A stretch of DNA of 64,000 bases, taken from positions 49,352,001 through 49,416,000 of the forward strand of contig OX597814.1 in the NCBI GenBank assembly GCA_951406725.2, read 5' to 3'. Position 1 is the stretch's first letter, and every line of letters begins with the position of its first letter. Below are positions 38,069 to 51,159 of the stretch, one piece after another. The notes beneath the pieces were generated by a model. That model worked only from the letters and a program-made list of their open reading frames with translations, made no database searches and was not told the DNA's origin. Origin of the DNA: Octopus vulgaris. Its lineage: Eukaryota. The position numbers were made by a program, and so were the translations under genes.

Positions 38069-39237
38069 AAAATCAAAACAAATCAAAATAGATGAACATC
38101 AATGGAATCTGTATCTTTGTGGTACCAGTGCCGGTGGCACACGAGAACCATCCGAACGTGGCCGTAGCCAGTTCCGCATCGACTGGCCTCCGTGCTGTGG
38201 GCACGTAACAAACACCATCCGATCATGGCCGTTCGCCAGCCTCATCTGGCACCTGTGTCGGTGGCACATAAAAACACCTTCCGAAGACCCGGCAAGACTA
38301 GTCAGTCTACCTGTGCATACCTTCCTTCTTGTGACACTTGTGAAGACCTGTTGAGGCAAGTGAAAATCAAATCAAATCAAAATAGATGAACATCAATGGA
38401 ATTTGTATCTTTGTGGTACCAGTGCCTGTAGCACACAAGAAATCCATCCGAACGTGGCCGTAGTCAGTACCGCATCGACTGGCCATCGTGCTGTGGGCAC
38501 ATAACAAACACCATCCGATCGTGGCCGTTCGCCAGCCTCATCTAGCACCTGTGTCAGTGGCACATAAAAACACCATCCGAAGACCCGGCAAGACTAGTCA
38601 GGCCATATCCCATGGCCCCTACCTGGGACGTAGTCAGTCCACCTGTGCATACCTTCCTCCTTGTGATACTTGTGAAGGCCTGTTGAGGCAAGTGAAAATC
38701 AAAATGAATTCAAAACAAATCAAATCAAATCAAATCAAAACAAATCAAAATAGATGAACATTAATGGAATTGTATCTTTGTGGTACCAGTGCCGGTGGCA
38801 CACAAGAAAACCATCCGAACGTGGCCGTAGCCAGTACCGCATCGACTGGCCTCCGTGCTGTGGGCACGTAACAAACACCATCCGATCGTGGCCGTTTGCC
38901 AGCCTCATCTGGCACCTGTGTCGGTGGCACATAAAAACACCATCCGAGCGTGGCCGTCTGCCAGCCTCGTCTGGCACCTGTGTCGGTGGCACATAAAAAA
39001 CACCATCCGAGCGTGGCCATTTGCCAGCCTCGTCTGGCACCTGTGTCGGTGGCACATAAAATCACCCACTACACTCTCGGAGTGGTTGGCATTAGGAAGG
39101 GCATCCAGCTGTAGAAACACTGCCAGATCTGACTGGACTGGTGCAGCTTTCGGGCTCCCCAGACCCCAGTTGAACCGTCCAACCCATGCTAGCATGGAAA
39201 GCGGACGTTAAATGATGATGATGATGATGATGATGAT
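38069..39237 (+). mobile_element. Tandem triplicated composite RTE-related element with (AAATC)n spacers and (GAT)n tail
   Basis: The unit start aatcaaaatagatgaacat...tgtatctttgtggtaccagtgcc occurs at ~38081, ~38376 and ~38743. The last unit continues through extra subrepeats to the family 3' end. Confidence 0.9.
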
Positions 39238-39433
39238 ATAGTATCAGGTCGATTTGAAGAGGAGTTAAAGTTTTGTGGTGATCACAGTCTCTGATGAAAA
39301 TGAGAGATGCAAATATCAAATATTTAAGAAAAGTGATGTAATCTTATGTGAGGGAAAAGTATATTCTAGTGTTAGCTAGGTGTTGAAACTAATGTTTGTA
39401 TATGCATGTATCTCTCTCCCTCTCTTGCTCTTG

Positions 39434-39467
<34 letters not shown>

Positions 39468-40007
39468 TTTTTATTCAATTGGGCTGCTGAAACAATCATG
39501 TTTTTCTGTAACAGTAGCAACAGATTTCATCTCAACATGCAGTTGGCAGTAAGTACATGCAACTGACAAAACCCAACAATGCAGAAATGCACATCTAGCA
39601 TTCTCATCTACCACTGCCGGGCAATTTTTACCTACTACCAAAATAGTTTGTGCTTTTAAGCATAGCACATTCATAAGATATACTATCTCCAGATAAATAC
39701 TACAGTTAATTTGCTTCTACACCATGTATTTACATTAAGTATGATATAAAATCAGCCATAGAGAAAATTTGCTGTGTCAACACAGCTATATTGAATTATT
39801 CTTCATTCAGCATATTTTAAAATTTCTATGATTATTTTATTGGCAGTTTAAGTCCTCAAGTCAAATCTTATCCAGGTCAGCTTTGCCTTTCATTTTCTGG
39901 GCTTGATAAAATAAACATTTAGGTTGATTAAATCAACTACATCTGACCCACAAATTTTGTACCTTGTGCTAGTTTTGAATATCATTATTTTATCATCATT
40001 ATTTCAG

Positions 40008-40115
40008 GCTTGTTTAATGGGAACAATACGAGTAAGCCGAGGATTTGGTGATCATGATCTTTATGTAATGTCTTCAAATATACATCTGAAGCCTTTTCTA
40101 TCTTGTGTGCCTGAG
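40008..40115 (+). CDS. PPM1H: PPM1H-like coding exon 9
   Basis: ACLMGTIRVSRGFGDHDLYVMSSNIHLKPFLSCVPE (cf. ARVMATIGVTRGLGDHDL...IKPFLSSAPE). Splice sites tttcag| and |gtaagt. Confidence 0.95.
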
Positions 40116-40859
40116 GTAAGTAGTCATCTATTCAGATATTTACTCAATGTGGGTTTTTTTCTTCTGTAGAGTTAAGAAAATAGAATATAAATATTTTACT
40201 TGAAAAGATGGATTGATGCTGTGACCAAATGATGAAAAGGTTCCTGCAACATCATGACTTCATATAGTGTTACTGGTATTATACTGTGGCTAGAAAAGCT
40301 AATTCTTCATGCACCTAAACATTTATGCACCTTTTTGCTATAATTACTGGTACTGCTACATGTTTACCTTTCATTGTTTCACTGCATGGGGCCTGATGCC
40401 ATTGATAGGAAGTGTGGTCATATTAATCTTCTCCATCATTTATGCTCTTGTCCAACATCGTTTATGAGTTGCTTCAGATAACAATTGAACATTTTTTTGT
40501 TGTTCCTGGGAACATGGACCATATATTTACCTGTAAACCTGAGACATCTAACCCGCTTCTCTGTGTTGAACAAACTAAAGGCATTCTAATTAAAAATGCA
40601 TGCCTTGTATTTAAGAAGCTTGCTTTGCAGATGTGTCTTCTACTATAGCCCTAGGCTGAAAGTACTGGGGTTAGTTTGTTTGACTAAATCATTTAAAGCA
40701 GTATTCTAGCATGGCTGCAGTCTAGTGACTGAAACATGTAAAAGATAATTGATAACTAATTGATAACTAATAGTACCTCTTACATCTGACAACATTAGTA
40801 ACATTGATGCAAGTACTCTTGTACCAACTTTTAAACTAGCAGCAGAAACAAAATTGTAT

Positions 40860-41880
40860 TTCTTTTGAATGCAACCATGTTCAGTTCAACCTTTTGTCCT
40901 GGCCAAAACAACGTCCTGTCAAGCCCATGTGGTGCATGTTGTACATCCTCCTCAATTTTTGGCCCTCCAGCCAACAAACTGCAGCTACTCCACTTGAACA
41001 TCCTCTGCTGTTGCCAACCAATGCTTTTTTACTGCCTTATTCTTTTCTGAGGGCACAAAAGCCACATGCAACTCCAGGTCAAACTTGGTGGCTAACTCCC
41101 TCAAGATTCCCAGGTAACACTTAATCACCATTTCCACAGCCCCTTTCATGCGAATCCTTTTTTGGTTGATCACTGATGCCACTCATCTCCCTCCTGCACC
41201 GTGGCAGAATCAGTCCAAATCATGACAGCTCACAGTCCCCATCTCAGTGCTAGGTTCATGCCCTTTAATACAGCATCCAGTTCAGCTACATTGATGTGGT
41301 TGTAGTTATTCTTCCTCTGCTCCATGCTCACAGCACGCAGTTCACCAGTCACCAAACTTTACTCCTGCTCTGCCAACAATCAAGCCACTCAAACATGTGA
41401 TCACATCCATTCCAACCACTTTGTCAATGCCATCCACCACCTCACCAACTATAATCACCCGTAGCTTCAATACTGACCCCTGTATCTCAAATTCCACTTC
41501 GCTGATACCCCTGTATTTGACCTTCCTGCCATCCACCACACCAAGACTGATTTTTTCCTCTCTAACTTTTTACCATTCTTGTGGTTACTAGGGTGGCTGT
41601 GCAACTTGTATCCACAAGGGCTTGTACTTCCCTCGACCCCACCAGAAGCCTTACTACAGGTGACGATCAGTAGTGTGCCTTCAGTCAGTTGTGGTGGGAA
41701 CTAGTGGTGCAGTAATTCCCTTCTCCTCATTTCCCTGCTTGCTGTAATTCACTATGTTCCCAGTTTGGGCACATTGGTAATGCACCACCATTGGTTTTGG
41801 TTCCATGCATTCCTTGACCATGTGCAGACCTTGACATCTAAAGCATGGTCCATTAGCCGTTTGTCTTACCATACTCTTGT
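40860..41880 (-). mobile_element. Ty3/Gypsy-like LTR retrotransposon remnant (gag zinc knuckle, aspartic protease, RNase H-like)
   Basis: CFRCQGLHMVKEC...CAQTGN (knuckles), VQALVDTSCTAT (protease D-T motif), VVGMDVIT, NHINVAELDAVLKGMNLALRW and ELHVAFVPSEKNKA. Confidence 0.75.
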
Positions 41881-42049
41881 CGCAAAACCATGTGATTTCA
41901 AAGTGAAAGTCTTGAACACTTGGACTGAAGATTTATCTTGCTCTTTAAAATTTTTTTTTTTTTTTTACTTCCTGAGTCTGGAGAAAGGAGCAGTGTTCAT
42001 TACCTTTGCTCTCCAAGACCAGTTAGCTTGATTCATTAATGTTCTATTT

Positions 42050-43210
42050 TAAACATTTGCCAATCAATAGCTTTAGGGAAGACATGGCCAGGAAGTAGAT
42101 TCCAGTGAGACAATGTTCTGGTAATAAAGGACTGGCCATAGTAGTTAGAGTAGAGTCTGAGGTTATTGGATGCAATAAGACTGGAAAAAGTAAAGAGACA
42201 AATGGTGGAGGGATGAGACCAGCCAGCTCATCCCATCACAGAACCCATCATAATATTAACAGAAAAGACAGAGATAAGATACAGCTTGCCTATAGACCAG
42301 AACTTAAAGCATGCCTATTAGTGATTGAATGCCAATCAGTCAAGTGGCGTTTTATCTAGATGCAGTCTATGATGTCAGTACGCAGGACCATCCAGGGCAT
42401 AGGAACAGCACTCTATTGTAGATTTCGCTTAAAACTTATAGAGTATCAGCAGCTGTTAGTGACTGAAATATTTTCTAGCTCTTCTCTTCAGAGCCAGTCT
42501 TTGGGATGTGGTCCTAACTGTGCTAAGAATGTGCTTTTGCCAGAAGAAATCCTTGGTGATAGTGAGGCCCAGCATATGGAGTGACTGCAATTGCTTGGGC
42601 TGAGTGCCACTCATGTTTTGGTGAAGGTATGGTGCAGAGGTGTTGCCATGAGTAGTGACTAAGTGTTTTGTTATGAGAAAAAGATAAGGTTGGCATGCCA
42701 AAGTAATGGATGCTCTCAAGATATCTGCTTATGGAATCAATGCAGGCTTGGTATCTGGTATCTAGGTTGTGTGTGGATCATGTTTGGTGGCGACAGATAA
42801 GGAAGAATGAAGGGTCATATTACCTGCTTAAGAGTAGGCAGTGTTAGATGTAACAGCAAGTATGCCATTGATGTATAGAAGGAAAAGAGTTGGGGACAAA
42901 ACCAAATCAGGGGAACACCAGAGTTGATTGAGAGTGGGGCAAAAAGAGCTCTGTCAATACATGATGTGGATAGGAAATATGGGTGGAACCCATATGCAGG
43001 AAGATTTGCTTGCAAGACACAGCCAAAGGCTTTGTTAATGTCTAGGGCAACAACATTGTTTTTCCTGAACTTCTCAAAAGTTAGAGCCTGCTGGTGAGTG
43101 AAAAAGATAGAGAAAGGTTGATGGTGTTGAAGAACATGATTGTTAATGGCTGTCCCCATTGACTCAGAGATGTTAGAAGTGAGGTCCCTTGTTATACAAC
43201 CCTGTCAATT
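42050..43210 (-). mobile_element. Degenerate LINE RT fragment (Jockey/CR1/L2-like)
   Basis: VVALDINKAFGCVLQANLPAYGFHP...PLSINSGVP. The same family occurs at 11400-12255(-) and ~54100-54500(+). Confidence 0.75.
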
Positions 43211-43504
43211 GTAGTCTCATTTATTCTGAGAGGCAACTATTGAAACCAGTATGATCTAAATTCTCTTTTATTCGCATCCACAAGAGGAGTTAAGCTTATC
43301 ATTGAAAAACCAATAACACACATCAACAGTTTTATAATGTTGCTGCTGCTTACAATGAGGAACCATTCCACCATGTGATACTTAAGTACTGATAGTCAGA
43401 CTGGATACACTTGGTGCTGGCTCTTAGGCACATTATCAGTTTCTGCTGAAGTTGACATTACTGTCATCAGAATATTCCTTGGGTGAGCGCTAAGAGTACC
43501 ATAT

Positions 43505-43688
43505 GAGTGTGATCATTGCCAGAGCAACAAGCTGGCCCCTGTGCCGGTAGCATGTAAAAAGCACCATTTGAGCATGATCGTTACCTGTGTCGTCTAACTG
43601 GCACTTGTGCTGGTGGCACGTGAAAAAACATTCAAGTGAGGTCGTTGCCAGTCCCGCTGGACTGACTCCTGTGCAGGTGGCACATAAG
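43505..43688 (+). mobile_element. Internal subrepeat block of the RTE-related element
   Basis: gtgccggtagcatgtaaaaagcacc and gtgctggtggcacgtgaaaaaac units. Confidence 0.7.
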
Positions 43689-44147
43689 GCCAGATCTAGC
43701 CAGTTTGAGCATAAAACGTGTAGAATATTCAGGACTGGATATGGATAGCTTAAATGCTAAAGGGTTAAAGGGATACAAACCACTGACTTCTCAACTACTT
43801 GTCAAAAATCTTTACATAAAACTTCTAATTTATCGGAGAGGAAAATAGAGATTTGTGTTGTTAGTTTTCTCAAAGGGTTGTAAATCAAGTGCTTCTAAAT
43901 TAGGAATTAGAACTTAATTAAGGAACAAGTTACTGCCACATCATGATGCTGGACACATATTTACAATTACAGCACCAACCATTTCACTATTTGTATTTTT
44001 ATCAAGTAATTCAATTAGAAAAAGTTATAAAGATTATTTTTCATAGCACTGTCCACTATAGCTGCTTATGCCATAAAAAGTATTTTGATTACAGAAAGAT
44101 ACACATGTTTTAAGACACTTTATATATATATATATTTTTTCCTTTAG

Positions 44148-44296
44148 GTGCGAGTATATGATTTAAATGATTCTGAAATGTCTGATAATGACATTCTTTT
44201 AATGGGCTCAGATGGATTTTGGGATTTTGTATCTAATGAAGAAGCAGCTGAATATGTACGTAAAAGGATGTGTGAGCTGGAACAGACAGATGATAA
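44148..44296 (+). CDS. PPM1H: PPM1H-like coding exon 10
   Basis: VRVYDLNDSEMSDNDILLMGSDGFWDFVSNEEAAEYV... contains the PP2C DG.WD motif. Splice sites ctttag| and |gtaagt. Confidence 0.95.
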
Positions 44297-45018
44297 GTAA
44301 GTGCATATAATTTCATTCAAATCTTCGAAGACCAAAGAATAACACTTGGACTTTGTTTAGGGGTTTATTTTCGGGGTTTTTTTTTTGTTTGTTTGTTTGT
44401 TTTTTGCAATGGATTTATATTGATGTTTAACTGATTGATTTACTTCAATTTTAATTTGAAAAATATCACTTCTTATTTGCATCATACATAACTTTCAAGA
44501 TTTTAAATTACAGTATACATTAACCATGATGAGATAATTGAATGTGTCAGTATACCATTTTCGTAATAGAGAAAAAGCGATTTTTTTTATATAGCTGGTT
44601 TTAGTTACTGAATAGCAGTAATGTTGGTACAACACCTAGGGTTTTCGTAAATTATATCAATCCTGGTATTCTGCTGGCACTTATTTTACTAATTTCTTTT
44701 TGTCAAATGACAAATGACTTTAGTTTACTTAAGAAATTACCTCCCTTTAGGGAATCGTAAAAGTAATTTACACCAACACACACACACACACACATACACA
44801 CATAAATTCAGATTTCTTCATAGAATTTTAAATAATTTCATCATTATTTTTTGCATCCCATAAAAGGCACCATATTCTTTAGTTGAGAAGCATCATTAGG
44901 CATTGTTTTCAAAGGACCAGTACAAATAGGTTAGTTATCAATATTAGAAACGACACCCTTTTACCTAGAATATGTAAATTATTTCGGTCTACATGTGTTA
45001 TATTTTCTATTTCAACAG

Positions 45019-45211
45019 ATTGGTGACAATTTCAAAAGAACTAGTTTTGAAAGCTCGTGGCGAAAGCAGTTCAGATTATGCCTGGAAACGTAATTCTAAG
45101 CAACTAGGGTCCTATGATGACATTACAGTCTTTGTTATTCCCCTTGGACAATATATGCAAGAACGAAGTGCCAACGTGACGCCACAGCCTGATGAAGTTA
45201 CAGCTTTGTGA
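45019..45211 (+). CDS. PPM1H: PPM1H-like coding exon 11 (terminal)
   Basis: (K)LVTISKELVLKARG...AWKRNSKQLGSYDDITVFVIPL...TAL* contains the GS.DDI.V.VIPL motif. Acceptor caacag|. Confidence 0.95.
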
Positions 45212-48200
45212 GAACCTACAGACTCTATAAATTTCTTGAAACATCAAATGAATCGATAACTATTTGTAGAAAGTAATTTTCTTTTTGCTGTTGTTTTGCA
45301 TTCATTTTTCCTTTCCATGTTAGCCCACATGAGATGTTTTAGTGACACAACGATTTTTACAGCTGGATGCCTCTCACCCACTAGTCAGTCAAAAAGTAAA
45401 AGTTGAAACTTGTGTCTCTAAAGCAAACTGACGAAAAATTATTTACTTTCCTCATAAATCACACCGCAATTTTAACATGTGATTGTATAGATAGGAATGT
45501 AGGACCTTTAACTTCATGACCTTCAGTTTAAAGCAAAGTTGTAACTGAATTAAAAGAGACAACGAAATAATGATTTTTGTTTTTCACTAGAAAAATATTT
45601 CTTGCCGGTAATGTTCTGCTTGGTTAATGATGAGACCAAAATCTGATGTACAACAGAACTTTGCTACCATGTTACCAGATCCCAACTTCAACCAACAACC
45701 AAAAGCTGATTTATAGTTAGTAATGGCAACCAACATCTTTGTTTAGTTACTCATCCAGAATGATGTTTAACTTTTTTTCTTGTTAATATAGTGTTGTTGT
45801 AACATATGTCTACAGATGGTGAAAAAAAAAAAAAAGAAGAAATCTTTTTTATAATTTTTACACAACATTTTACATCAATTATTTCTTCCAAAAGGAAAAC
45901 GATATGTAAAACCAACTTTGCTAAACTGTTATGAGAAGGGGAAAGAAAGAAAACCAAGTGAATGATTATAATGACACTATGAAAACTAAAACAGTTAATA
46001 TAAAAAAAATGATAGAATTAAACTAGTTGTCTCTAGAGATTACAGATACTTAAAAATTCAGGTTTGGTGACATATAACCATAACCCTTTCTGTGAAAAAT
46101 TCCAAATGTCTACTACTTCATAGTTCAACAAGAATTTGTAAACCGGTTGAGTGTTTAAATTTGTAAATTCTATTTTTTATCAAGTTGTATTTATAATTCT
46201 TTTGATTAATTGCATTCGTTACTTTGACAATGCAACATAAGAAGCAAGATCTATATCTTACTAAGTGAAAAGCTCACTTCTACAGGTTTCCAAGTATCAA
46301 ATGGAAAATAGATTATGATACAGGAGAGTGAAAAAAAATTAATTTGATAAAGAATTTTTATTCCATGGCAGGAATCTTTTAATATCTTATAAATAAGAAA
46401 CTATTTACTTCAAATCCATGGAAAACTGTAATTTTATGTTTTGAAATAGTTAAAGTAGAATTTAAGAGTTTAAGACATAAATCTAATTTTAGTGGAAAGC
46501 TAACTTTTTTCAATGAATTGTGATTTCTATACATCAGTATTGAATAATCAAGCTTTGAATTTTTTTTCAGTGCAGCAATGGCTCTACATTAGATACATTT
46601 TTTTTGTAAAATTCAGAAGCAAAATGTATTTATTATGATATATATAATAAAACAAACATTTAGTTTTAAAATGTAATAAATCCTAGACCAAGTTATTAAT
46701 CAACTGAATATTCTAAGTTCTTTGTTGTACAAATTCAGTGCAAGAAAAGAAAGAGTTGTTTTTAATATATAAAAAAAAAATTATATCTAAGGATTTTTGC
46801 AGTTGATAATGTAAATTACACAAAATAAAGTTGATGTCTAGGACCAATGAATACATAAATAAAAATAAAAAATATCATAAATAAAAAATACGTAAATAAA
46901 AAATATCAATAGATTCAACAACAATATACAATACAAACTATAACCTTATTCCTAGAATTTGTCTGTGTTATGATAAAGAAAATTCAAAGATGTTATCCTG
47001 TAATCAGTTCAAAAGAGGACCTTTAACCCTTTTGTTACCAAATTTCTGTTGGAATACACTACCTTTATTTCAATTAATTTTGAAAACAATGAAGGATTTA
47101 GTAAAATATCTTTGTTGTTATTAAGCTGATGTTTGAAAAAAATTAATATCAAATTTTGATGGAAGGTTTCATTTTGGATTATGTTTTAAACAGAATTTAT
47201 ATCATTGAACAAGGGCCTGTATTAGGTGTATTGGTTACAAAGGGTTTAAAGTTTACTGACAACTGTTCAAGCAGATGGGTAACTTTTTTAAGAGACATTT
47301 TTCAAATGATAAAAATTAGCTGTAATTCTATTACGTACACTTTGATAGAAAATAATAAGTTATGCATGTTAGTTTAAAGTGCATGAAAAAGAAGAAAGTT
47401 TAATTTTCCAGTGTAGGATTTTTTCATTTTACTACAGTTCTTAAACATTGAATGAAACAGACCTTTGATCTGTCAATAAATGAAAGTGTTTGACTGCTTC
47501 AAAGATATTCAAATGGTTAGTATTGTGACCTGACTTTGTTTCACATGAAATTAGTTAACCAGATATGTACAGATACCTTTGAGATTATTCTCAATAAACT
47601 CATCAACAATTCTTTGAAACCAAGACATTTGTAATGCCTATAGAAACTTACATAAAACTAATATAGAGCTGCACCTAACTGGAAAGCTGAATATGGTCTT
47701 TCTACAGGTATTATGCCAGCTTGATGATAAATGCTACTTAGGCCAATTTTGATATAATATTCATGTTTGGCTTTAAGGTGGTGAGCTGGCAGAATCATTG
47801 GCAAGCCAGGTAAAATGCTTAGTGGCATTTTGTCTGCCCTTATGTTCTGAGTTCAAATTCCACTGAAGCTGGCTTTACCTTTCATCCTTTCGGATGTACT
47901 GGGGTTGATGTAATCAGCTTACTCTTTCCCTAAACTTGCTGGCCTTGTACCAAAATTTGAAACTAATATTTATGTTTGGCTGTTATTTGGCTATTTTATC
48001 TATATGTTGAACTAAGCCAACCTCTGTAAAATGGTTCATTGTTTGAGCAAAATCTACAAGCCATTTTTCATTAAAATTGCCATTAACAATGAAAATATGC
48101 CCCTCAATGCTGAATTATTTGGTTCTGTGATATATTTTCTAAAACAAAAATTAGAAATCTCTTTATAAATTCTTTATCTTCCTCACACTATCAGCAAGTT

Positions 48201-49560
48201 TTATTTGCATTAGATTTGCAGTTTGGGATGAGATTTTGAAATGTTTAACAGGTTTTCTGATCACTTGTGGTTGAGCAAAACCACAAATTAAAAATAAAAA
48301 AAGACATTATCCTTGATAAACAACTCTAATTTCCAAAAATCACGCTAGCACAAAGTTCTATATTTTTATATAATTTATCTTTCACAGAAACTTTAGTGAT
48401 ACAAAATTCATTAATTCATGCTGTTAGCTCATAACCGACTGTGAAAACAGTAGTTGTTTTGAAATACATTTCCAGATTGAGTTAATTCACTAATTTTTGA
48501 CACCTGAAATATACTGATGAGAATTTTGGTTATCTTGTTATTAATTCCTGCCATTATTACAAGAGCTATAAGGGAATAATTATTAGAGATTACAATCACC
48601 AAAGAAATAGATTTATATTGAATAACTGAAGAAGATACTTAGATTGTGGGCAGAATTGGTATAGCCACCAGACCAGCAGACAATAACTCAGTGTTCTATA
48701 CATCAACTGTTTTGACAAGCAGCAGTTTTAGCTGGGCATAGAAATCTATTTCCATCAGTCTTTTGCAAATGTTACACAGAGAGCATCTGGTATATATTCC
48801 ATTGAGTGGTTTCATGTAAGCTTCAGGCTATTTCAGAGCATTATCAAAAGTCGTATAAACCAGTATAATGTCTGCTCTGTATTAGGTTTAATGTATAGAA
48901 ACAAAAGCTCTAATTTGTCAGGATTGATATTTTGCTATAAAGTATTTGAATTCTCTGAAACATAACTTGAATTTCTGACTATATTAAGGTTTTGTTAGAA
49001 TGTCGAATTCGTCTGGTCTAACTATCTCGTCTATTTTGAAGTAGTAATTGGTAACTTTTACATTGATTAAACTCTTGTGATAAAGAAAGTTATAGTTGTT
49101 ACCCTTCAGTCAGTTCAAAAAGGAATATATCATCAGTTACTATTTTAACAGATGAAAGGAATATAACTGTTTTATAATTACGCAGCTCTTGTCATAAGTC
49201 TCATTATGCATTTTATTAAACTGAATATAGCATTATTTTTCAAAACAATATAAACCAGAGTGCCTACAAGTAGTATATATCTGTGTCTTTCTTTCTGTAT
49301 GTATGTATTTAGACAATTGTATACATAAATTATGTATAACTAATGGTTACTGGTATGGACCATGCTACCATTTTTTGATACTTGGATTCATTCTGTAAAT
49401 GTTTTCATTCCCCACTCTCCAGGTCAATCATAGATTTTCATATTAATTTTGATATATTCTGTTTATATTCATGATATAAACTGATCTCTAATTTATTTTA
49501 CCAATACATCTGTTAATATCCAGCAGTGCTATTTTTAATAAAATAAATTTATCATAAAAT
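45212..49560 (+). other. Putative long AT-rich 3' UTR of PPM1H-like gene with several candidate AATAAA signals
   Basis: TE-poor, AT-rich stretch with AATAAA clusters at ~46824-46900 and ~49537-49547. The true end is unknown. Confidence 0.35.
47023..47248. mobile_element. piggyBac-type MITE, family 1 (opposite orientation, diverged)
   Basis: ttaa|ccctttttgttacc...ggttacaaaggg|ttta. Confidence 0.75.
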
Positions 49561-50095
49561 AAGATTTTAAAAAGATGAATACATAAATACTTCTTTTCAT
49601 TCCAAAAAAAAAAAAGGCAAAGCTGTTATAACGAATTATATTTTTGAACTTGAAGAGTTTCTTGAATTCTTTTCTAAACACAGTCACCTACACTTAACTT
49701 GATTAAAGGAATTTCCATTTTTGTACAGATTTTTTTCTGACTTGACATAAAGGACATTTTTTTTTTTGAAGTGCAGAGAACAATGGAAGGTATAAAATTC
49801 ATATAATGTATAAAATATAAATAAATTGACTGCCAAGCAATAAATACCTGTTTCAATCACAAGTCAGTGGACTTGTGGTATTTTCTGTCTTAGATTGGTG
49901 CTTTTAATGGCAAATGTCATTCTCATTCATATAATGTATATACAAACATATTTCTCTTTGAGATTAAATTTGTACAAACATTTAATTATTGATTTATTTT
50001 TCAAAAGACTTCAACCATGTTTGGAACTAAGCACTCACACACACACATACAATGGGTTCATCAATGTGTCTATATTTATATGCATATGTATGTAT

Positions 50096-50494
50096 GCAGG
50101 AGTGGCTGTGTGGTAAGTAGCTTGTTTACCAACCACATGATTCCGGGTTCAGTCCCACTGCGTGGCACCTTGGGCAAGTGTCTTCTACTATAGCCTCGGG
50201 CCGACCAAAGCCTTGTGAGTGGATTTGGTAGACGGAAACTGAAAGAAGCCTGTCGTATATATGTGTATATATATATATATATATATGCGTGTTTGTGTGT
50301 CTGTGTTTGTCCCCCTAGCATTGCTTGACAACCGATGCTGGTGTGTTTATGTCCCCGTTACTTAGCGGTTCGGCAAAAGAGATCGATAGAATAAGTACTG
50401 GGCTTACAAAAGAATAAGTCTCAGGGTCGAGTTGCTCGTTTAAAGGCGGTGCTCCATCATGGCCGCAGTCAAATGACTGAAACAAGTAAAAGAG
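50096..50494 (+). mobile_element. tRNA-derived SINE family B, full length
   Basis: gcaggagtggctgtgtggtaag (A box), ccgggttcagtcccac (B box), accttgggcaagtgtcttc, internal (TA)n, and a tail ending gactgaaacaagtaaaagag. Confidence 0.9.
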
Positions 50495-50765
50495 TATATA
50501 TACAGATATACACACACATTTTACAATCATAAAATTCTGGTCAATCCATGTTACTAAGTTGATTACTTAATGTCTGATATTATTGACACTCCTCAATAAG
50601 AGTTCTTTATTGTTTTTCTTTCTTTGTACAGGGGAGGTACTCTTTGTATTTGAGGCCAGAACATTTCTGGAACTCTAAAACATAAATTATGCTTAAGGGG
50701 AGTTCACTTGAAGTTAAACTAATAATGAATTTGTTGACTAGTATTGATGATAGTTTTTAAAAATT

Positions 50766-50930
50766 TACCATATTTTAAAGTGTATAAGGAACCCCCTAAT
50801 TTTGGGTGCTTAAAATTTGGAAAAAGGGTTTTGTAAGGGATTATAATAGTATCCATGTAATAGAAACTCTCATTTTTTTTAAACCTAATTTTTGACAAAA
50901 AGGGTTCCTTATACACATTAAAATATGGTA
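50766..50930. mobile_element. Tc1/mariner (pogo-like) MITE
   Basis: 29-bp terminal inverted repeat including the flanking TA: taccatattttaaagtgtataaggaaccc and gggttccttatacacattaaaatatggta (one mismatch). Confidence 0.85.
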
Positions 50931-51159
50931 CATAAAAAATATAAATATGAGTTCTATAGAGAATGCAACAGGTTTGGGTCAGTAAAAGAAAAGGCGGTGG
51001 AAAATAAAAGATGAGAACCACAAATTTGAAAATGCTTTATCTTTGCTATTACCATCCAGATTCAGATCTGCATGGATACAGTATTGCATTCAGAGTGTTT
51101 TGGCCAGGGGTGTCATTAATATGTTCATATTTACTGAATACTTCTGACTTAGTATTTTA

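Noticed and set aside
38087-38116. Hammerhead-like tagatgaacatcaatggaat at each tandem unit start
   Set aside because: It lacks the CUGA and GAAA cores, and stem II would have only a 2-nt loop.
38069-39060. Repeat-spacer-like appearance suggesting a CRISPR array
   Set aside because: The context is a eukaryotic intron, the intervening sequences are themselves repeated, no cas genes are present, and the units belong to a dispersed retroelement family.
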